Source: Octopus sinensis
Taxonomy: Eukaryota
Length of the DNA stretch: 64,000 bases
NCBI RefSeq assembly: GCF_006345805.1
Contig: NC_043007.1
Coordinates: 29,822,001 to 29,886,000, forward strand
Direction of reading: 5' to 3'
The notes beneath the pieces are model-generated. The model saw only the letters and a list, made by a program, of their open reading frames with translations, did not search any database and had not been told where the DNA came from. Shown here piece after piece: positions 56,191 through 64,000 of this stretch. Position 1 is the stretch's first letter, and every line of letters starts with the position of its first letter. Position numbers and translations under genes: made by a program.

Positions 56191-56590
56191 TAGTTTTATT
56201 TTTATAGCGTTCTTTCACTTCACTACCGAGCGCAGCTCTGTGTGCCTTGGGTATGTGCTGTGTTTTGTTGTGATGCTCTGATGGTTATTGTATGGAAAGT
56301 GTTCTGCGTAGGATGTGTGCAGTGCCTAGTAGTGCAATTTTCTGTATGTTATATGTGTTTGTAAGTCCTGGTGTTTTTGTTATGTATTTGTCTGAATATT
56401 TTTTTATCATGCCTAATGCACCTACTATGATAGGAATTGTTTCTGTTTTCAGATTCCACATTCTAGTTACCTCTATTTCCAGGTCTTTGTATTTTGAGAG
56501 TTTCTCCATTTCTTTTAGAGACACGTTGTCATCTGCCGGTATTGATACATCAATTAGAAAGCATTTTTTTCTTCATGATCTCTGACAACT
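56190..56590 (-). mobile_element. R4/Dong-clade non-LTR retrotransposon, 5'-truncated, between (TAA)n tracts
   Basis: IPADDNVSLKEMEKLSKYKDLEIEVTRMWNLKTETIPIIVGALG...IQKIALLGTAHILRRTLS, then a short 3'UTR and (TAA)n. Confidence 0.85.
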
Positions 56591-56602
56591 ATATTATTAT
56601 TA

Positions 56603-56661
<59 letters not shown>

Positions 56662-56663
56662 GT

Positions 56664-56875
56664 AGGTCGGCGAGCTGGCAGAATCGTTAACACGCCGGGC
56701 AAAATGCTTAGCGGCATTTCGTTACGTTCTGAGTTCAAATTCCGCCGAGGTCGTCTTTGCCTTTCATCCTTTCGGGGTCGATAAATTAAGTACGAGTTGA
56801 GTACTGGGGTCGATGTAACTGACTTATCCCCTCCCCCAATATTTCAGGCCTTGTGCCTATAGTAGAAAGGATTAT
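56664..56875 (+). mobile_element. SINE family E
   Basis: Near-identical to 46321-46536; flanked by (ATT)n. Confidence 0.75.
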
Positions 56876-57399
56876 TATTATTATTATTTGGTTCTTGTCT
56901 TGTGGTTTCTTCGGATTTATGAACAGAAGTCACTAACGCAAAATACACACAGAATAATTGCAAACTATGGCGAGACTGAGAAACCGGAACAGCCAAGTGC
57001 TCCCACGAGCCTTACCTTATGTTTCCGTTAAACGGGACGCCTCAGAAAGCAAGAAGTTTGTGCTCTCTTCTACAGTTCTTCCACACGACTCCAATATCTA
57101 GGATTGAATATGCAATTTACTTCTAATTGGTGATATTTATGTAATGTAATCGGTTGATCCAAGGACAAGACAATAGCCTCCACCTGCCCCAATGGGGAAT
57201 AAATATAAATGTAACTCATGCTACCAAATTAGGATACGATGCTCTACACCTTATCTTATTCTACCTCAGTCATAATAATAGGGAGGAAAATTTATGCACG
57301 CACACACACACACGCACGCACGCACACACACACACACCACACACACACCACGCACGCACGCACGCACACACACATACACACACACACAATAACATAGTT

Positions 57400-57712
57400 A
57401 ACAAGAGCACTCAGAGAGCACAAACCTCCACCATGGTAACACCAACGTCCTCTCAACGATTAGCCAGAGATGATTTTAAAATGAGAATATCTGGTAATAT
57501 TCCATGTAAAGTAAAGTAAATATAACAAATAATCCAGGATCCTTGTCCGGTACCGGATCGACCCCAAAATCTAATCAGTTCATGCCAGTCACGAGGCCAA
57601 ACATCCCTGAAGGTTTCATCTGAATCCATCCAGCAGTTCTTCAGATATCTTGTCCACGGACAAACAAACACGACTGAAAACAACACCTCTGCCTTCGCTA
57701 AGGCGGTGGTAA
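57400..57712 (+). mobile_element. Helentron-associated (HINE/DINE-1-like) non-autonomous element
   Basis: 5' AACAAGAGCACTCAGAGAG, 3' hairpin GCCTT-cgct-AAGGC followed by A-run, short subterminal inverted repeat (acctccacc / ggcggtggt). Confidence 0.6.
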
Positions 57713-58369
57713 AAAAAAACAACAATAAATCTAAGGTGAATTACAGTCCAACAACTAATGGGAAAATCTTACTGACTTCCAAACCAACTTAAATTAACAG
57801 AAACTAATTGTTTCAATTAAACTGAAATACACGCTTCTGTCTCCGAAACTGTCAGACGAGTCTGAAGTGATCGTATATAAAGCTGAAGTTATCTCCACCA
57901 AACCATAATAGGTTATGTAAATATTAAGTAGGTATGTTAGAAGGTAAATTTAAACAAAGATACGTCAACCTTTCTTCCACCTTCAGAAATATAGATAAGA
58001 AAAAATACAGCAAAAATGATCAAATTACGTTTTTAGATTGAAAGAACATGCTACTGCTTATCAGCACAACGGGGGACATTCGAAAGAGATGCAAACCATA
58101 CAGAGAACAAAGAGATGCAGCCAAAAAAAAAGCTTAAATAAATCTGTAAAATATCTAAATATCAGATTAAAAATTATCGTCACAAAATGTCGACACTTCA
58201 GCGAATACCTTTTGAGATACTTCAAGCAATCAGCAGCGTCTTATTCTATATATCCACCAACTGGTCTTTCTGATCTCACTGCAAGACATAACTCGTAACT
58301 TCCAAATATGTATTTCCTACAACAAAATGGCTCAACAACTAATCCTTCACTTTCAACATTGATATTCTA

Positions 58370-58485
58370 TGTATGTATGCATGTATGTATGTATGTATGT
58401 ATGTATGTATGTATGTATGTATGTATGTATGTATGTATGTATCTATCTATCTATCTATCTGATAGCGAGAGAGAGGAGGGATGTA

Positions 58486-58535
<50 letters not shown>

Positions 58536-58592
58536 TCTATTGTATGAAGTAGTATAAATGTGTTCGTGTAAATGCCTATAAATGTATATATA

Positions 58593-58645
<53 letters not shown>

Positions 58646-58670
58646 GCACACACATGCAAACATACACATA
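58370..58670. repeat. Compound (ATGT)n(ATCT)n(AT)n(AC)n microsatellites
   Basis: Read directly. Confidence 0.95.
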
Positions 58671-58818
58671 TATAAGAATTCAAAACCTTTAAGTTGGTTA
58701 CATTTACGTACATTTCGGAATAAACATGTGTAAACACAAAAATACACATAGTCATTTATTTATATATACGTCTATCTGCACATTTACACACAGACACACA
58801 CACACACACACACACACA

Positions 58819-58854
<36 letters not shown>

Positions 58855-59099
58855 ATAACCCTAAGCCGCTCCCTCACTCAGACACATTATACACTTTCAT
58901 AGTGTAACGATACCCAGAGATGTAATTTAATTTCCACCTCCTGACAACTCAGCTTCGTATATCACAGCCTTAGAGACGAATAATGTTTTGCGTAATTTAT
59001 ATACACTGAACTTGAAAGGCAGCAGATGATGAGTTTGTTTAACATCAAAAATATAGACTATTTTCTTGCGTACACACTGAATTCCATGGCATTTAATGT

Positions 59100-59505
59100 A
59101 TACGAGCAGTATTGCCCGGCGTTGCTCGGGTTTCTTTTCTTATCGACCCTTTAGAATTGGAATTTTTGAAAAGTAAAACTTTTGCATTATGTAGCTTGTT
59201 ATTTTCTTTAAGTGAACATTTTTCTGGTTGAAATACACCGAAAAATGGCGACACAGTAGTCAAAAAACCTTAAAAAATAGGGATTTTCATAGAAAAAAAC
59301 AAGCATCTTTTCGATGTAAATAATTTTTGATGTTAACATGGTCCAATTTGAATTTTATCTTCTACAGAAGGAAGAGCAAGCCTTCTTCTATCATACTCTC
59401 AATTTTGGTCAACTTGCGCCGCAGGGTCTCAGAGGAGATAGTGTTAGTTGAAGGCTACCAAACCTGCCACACACAGACAACTTCAGCTTTATATATATAG
59501 AGAGA
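59100..59505 (+). mobile_element. Helitron/Helentron-like non-autonomous element, full copy
   Basis: Starts ta(c)gagcagtattgcccggcgttgctcggg and ends cttcagctttatatatatag; no TSD seen. Near-identical partial copies at 53172-53440 and 55291-55655. The family assignment rests on remembered terminal patterns. Confidence 0.6.
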
Positions 59506-60179
59506 GATATAATTCTTTTACCTTGAATTAAGAATCATTGTCTTTTTTTTATATGAGCTGGTAAAATGGCTGGCATGCTGGGCAAATTACTTAGCGGCAT
59601 TTCGTATGTCTTTATGTTCTGAGTTCAATTTCCGCCAAGGGTTACTTTGCCTTTCATGCTTTCTGGGTCGATAAAAAAGGGTACCATTTGAACACTGGGG
59701 CCTTGAAAACTGCCGGCCTTGTGCCAAAACATGAAACCAATGATTAGTAGTTAGATTTTTAGTGTGGGTAGAAACTGCCTGGGTAGTTACCCTGCCGAGA
59801 TGAAACGCCTTGCAATAATATATGCACGACGTAAGAAAAACATTTTCATATATTTTACAACTGTCACACTACCATACATACATACATATATACATACATT
59901 ACACCCCCCCCACACACACACACACAATGGAGATGTACCCTGCCCAGTGATTCGATTTGAAACTGTGTCGAAAGTAAAACAATTACAATTTGGAAGACTC
60001 CTGTGAAGCCATTCAAAAACATACAAGAAATGTTAACTTCACTTCTTTGTTTCATTGTTTGTTCTGTGATGTCGAAATTTTCATCGCTTCAAACTGCGAC
60101 CCGGTCACAAAATTTATACACAAATATTACGTATGTGTGTGCGTGTGTGCGTGTGTGTGTGTGTGTGTGCGTGTGTGTG

Positions 60180-60990
60180 TATCAAGTAAGTTTCTCCCAC
60201 ACAAAACCCCTTGAACTACCCCGATAACAAAGGACAAGTGTCCATTCCCAGATTTCGCCAAAGACCCACAGATACATATTTAAAGCAGGACTTACAAACC
60301 AAGTCATTTCACTCGGGTCATCACTCAACCGCCTTTCCTGAAATATATTCGGGGCAGTGAGTCGCACTCCAACCTCTACTCCGCCTTCCTCTTCCAGCTG
60401 TGATTAAAAGTATTTGATGAGGGGTTAGGAGGTCAGAGGTGTGGATGGTTAGGCCAGAGTGCAAAATCCCCTGACGTTAGCCCTCCTCAACCTTGTCTCC
60501 CACGGTTCATCTTTCGCTCCAGCCGCCCATCAAGAGGAAACTGCCTGCCTTTCCCTCGCAAGAAAAGGGCAATCCTCATGATGGGTGCGGCTAATAGTTG
60601 GATCGGTCCCACATCCGTTAACAACTGTTCGACATGATTACAGAAGCAAGCAACAAACAGGCGCCAAACGAGTGTAAGGAGGACGATCATTTCGCCCTCT
60701 GCGTCCTTCGGATAGGTCCAGCTGATTTACGCTACTGGGTCTGTACAGTTTATCTCGAAGAGGCCCAGCTAACAGCAGTGCTCTACCCGTACAGTTTATC
60801 TCGTACCAACAAAGGACCCCTGTAACACTGCCGGGTCAAGGGTTTTTCACAAGTTGTCCGAAGAGATCAGTTGATCTATCTTCATCGACACTCAGGGTTA
60901 TAAACCCAGAATAATACTTTCTGACGTAAGCGCGTGGTCAAGCATTTCTCGACCACAGATGGTTGAAAGTAATCGGAAGCCAGACTGGAA
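60180..60990 (-). mobile_element. Degenerate Tx1/L1-clade LINE ORF2 C-terminal fragment
   Basis: Frame-broken peptides RQCYRGPLLVRDKLY and HVEQLLTDVGPIQL resemble the zinc-knuckle region of such LINEs; weak. Confidence 0.45.
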
Positions 60991-61007
60991 CTCGGTATAA
61001 AAGCATT

Positions 61008-61054
<47 letters not shown>

Positions 61055-63274
61055 CCTCTTTTATTGACCTCAATGGTCCAATGCTTTGGGAACAATAAAA
61101 AGAGGAAATGCTAAAGAGAACGACAGACAAGACATAGCGGCGGCGGTGAAGGATTTCGGAGTAAAAGAGTGAGATCAAAATATAGACACAATTATAAATA
61201 GATAAGATTCAGCAAAGTTAATAATAAACAAGAACTAATTAATAAGAAAAAGTTATCACCAAGATGCGTTGGAGAAATCACACAGGGTTGATTCAGGGCA
61301 GCCTATATGCAACCGGAAATTGTCCCGATCCACCAAAAGCCTTACCCCAGCTCTTGTCCCCATCGAACAGCTCCATCTGATCCATTTAAAATTTACTGAC
61401 AGGCAGCACCCCCCTCTCTCCCCACCCCCATATCTTAAAATGATATTTGACAAAATTGGTGAAGTAAACTGAGAAAAAACCCCCCCCTAATCCTCAAACC
61501 TTTCGGCCCTGTCTCAGATTCCTTCATCGGTTGAAGGAAAACTAGAAACGTTCTTTCATGTCCAGTGTTTGATAATTTCGCGATAGACACGACTAACAGC
61601 CAGATCCGACCCGCAAATGAGAACAGCTGTTTGACATAAACAGTCGTAATACTCAAACACTGAACGTCCGTGTGTCGGACAGTTTCGGCATTCTGCTCTG
61701 GTGGTGCCAAATAAAGATTTTCAAAAGTTGAATTTCTTAAAAACCGGAGCTAAAAACGAGAAGTTGAAGCTGATGGAAGTCCTTTAATCTTAGAAATATA
61801 AAACTATGTTTATTCCAATAATTTACCAAATGTAAGTATTTATAAACCTTTTTCTATATAAATATCGTCCAAATTTGGGCAGATGCGGTTTAAAATAGCA
61901 ACATTCTTTCGTTATTGGTACATGAAATTATAGGAAAACAAAGGCATTTTTTTTTTATGAATCTTAGTTTCGGGTCGTGTTTTTCTTACGGGACATATTA
62001 TTTGTGGATAAACAATAAATATACAATGCACACACAGCACAAAACATATTTTAATCGTTATATGAGTAATAGAAATTGAGGGGCTCGTAATTTTAACATA
62101 ATAATTTATAATATACACAAAATTCTAGAAATGTCGCATCGAGAAAGCTCGCTCAGAGATGGGGCACTCAAACATTTATTGTTCACGAAAATCTTGCAGA
62201 ACAGAACGAAATTTTTCAACTTCCTAGAATTGGTTCGGATGTTGATTTAGCAGCTGACAATGTCCCCTCAATTTTATTTCACAAAACACTTTAATTATCA
62301 ACAAACCCTGGCTTTATGCCAATCCCACCCCCACCCCTACTCACCATTTCAAATTATGAAGCATCGATAATGATAATGATATTAGAATATGGAACCAACT
62401 TCTCTTAAATTGACTTATAGCAACCAAAATTCTTCCATGTCAGATACAGTTCGACAAAATAAAATTGGTGCCTTCAGAAAGTGAAACTAGTCCTAAGAAC
62501 ATTCTAAACAACGTCCAGGTACCGACTTGGCCTTGATTACGTAAATCCAGAACAGATTAAAAAGCAGCCATGAACACGTTCGTTGTCTTGTATGAATGAA
62601 AAAAATATACAGAAAAACAGGGAGAGATTATCAAAAGTGGAACTAAATTGTTAGGAGACAGATTACCAGAAACTGATGCTAAATTTATAAAACAAAAAGG
62701 TGGGGAGCGGATATAGCAAAACAAACAAAAAATAGCGCTAAACTGATTACAGTGCCACGTGTACGTCTCAGACAAGTTTGCTTGTTGGCGGCTTCAACAC
62801 GACTGAAAACTCGTGGAGTTTATCTTGAACAGACAATGCCTACCACTTCTCCCGTAATACACTCTGGCAGAACTTTCGGAAGTTGCCCCCAGTCTTCTGA
62901 AAGTCCCCCCCTCCAGAAAAGATTACTTAAGCTGTCCTAGTCGATACCCACCCATCATCACTTTTATCCTCTATTAACACTCTTTAGAATGTGAAGGTTG
63001 GTTTTCCCGTCGACTGTATGATGAAGCTGGTAGAATAACACTGATAATACTTTCTAAGCTGAGTACAAGACCTGCAGTTTATGAGGGGAGGGGCAATTTG
63101 ATTACATCGACTCCTGTGTTCAACTGTTGCTTATTCTATCAACCCCAAAATATGAAAACAAATTTAACTTTCGCAGAATTTGAACTCAGGGTGTAAAGAC
63201 GCCGTAAAAATACCGCCGAGCATTTTGTCCGACACGCTAACGATCCGCCAACTCACCACCACCGCCACCACCGA

Positions 63275-64000
63275 ACTACCAGGCCAACATATTAAAGAAC
63301 GGCAGCTTCCCAATATGTCGTGTATGTCAACAACAAAATGAAACGATTGATCTTATTGACTCCATGTGCAGTTTTATTGCAACAGGCATGATAGAGCTGC
63401 ACAATATATTCACTGGGTAATTTGCAAAAGCCTGGACTTGCCCCATGAAAAAAACTGGTGGGAACACAAACCACCTCCTGTGCTCGAAAATGACCACATC
63501 TCACTCCTCTGGAACTTCACCATTCAAACTGACAGAAAGATAGATGCAAATAGGCCAGACATCATATTGAAAGACTTCAGATAAAAATCATGCCTCCTCA
63601 TTGATATGACTGTCCCAATCGATATAAACGTATCTGTCAAGACCTACCAAAAACTGACCAAGTATAAAGATCTTGAAATTGAAATTAGCAAAATATGGAA
63701 CCTGAAGACTAAAACAATACCTGTTGTCATAGGTGCCCTAGGAATGATAGCAAAAGAGGTTAATTGCTACCTAGCTCAGACATCAGGAAACCTGGAAATG
63801 GCAGAAATTCAAAAGATAGTGCTTATGGGAACTGCCCATATTCTACGCAAAATACTTTCTATGTAATCTAAAATTTTTAAACAAACACATAATTTTCTTA
63901 TGGTTTCTTAAACATTCTCTAGAACAACACTATGTACAAAACCAAATATATGGCATCCTAGGCATAACAACATCACGAACTTCTAACTTGTTGTCTCTTG
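63275..64000 (+). mobile_element. R4/Dong-clade non-LTR retrotransposon remnant (Zn knuckle + restriction-like endonuclease)
   Basis: CRVCQQQNETID, RHDRAAQYIHW, TDRKIDANRPDII...IDMTVP...KYKDLEIEI...IPVVIGALG...GTAHILRK; one in-frame stop and frameshifts. Confidence 0.88.

Noticed and set aside
56990-57110. Minus-strand AG...GTAAGG bounded segment
   Set aside because: All three frames contain a stop before the donor, and no partner exons were found.

Overview
This is AT-rich, microsatellite- and transposon-dense eukaryotic DNA. The repeat families, small exons and long introns point to a cephalopod, probably an octopus (inference, no database check). Two spliced protein-coding genes can be rebuilt by hand in the first 28 kb, converging tail to tail. 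(1) An MCFD2-like two-EF-hand protein on + (three exons, 910-3677; the 5' exon was not found). (2) RIOX1/NO66, a JmjC ribosomal oxygenase, on - (17 coding exons, 7162-24578, 602 codons in one continuous frame, all GT-AG; start exon unresolved, candidate promoter near 28.3 kb). No host gene could be supported from 29 to 64 kb. That region holds remnants of mariner DD34D, Tc1/mariner, hAT, Helitron/Helentron-like, Penelope-like, R4/Dong, RTE and Tx1-like elements, several tRNA-derived SINE families and many microsatellites. The most unusual signals are: hammerhead-ribozyme-like motifs in inverted pairs, with the same tail fused to a tRNA-like head; a 700-bp four-armed foldback next to the candidate RIOX1 promoter; a 270-bp near-perfect hairpin in a RIOX1 intron; and a triple nested insertion with an empty-site control inside the window. 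Exon boundaries were read base by base; most mobile-element boundaries are approximate.
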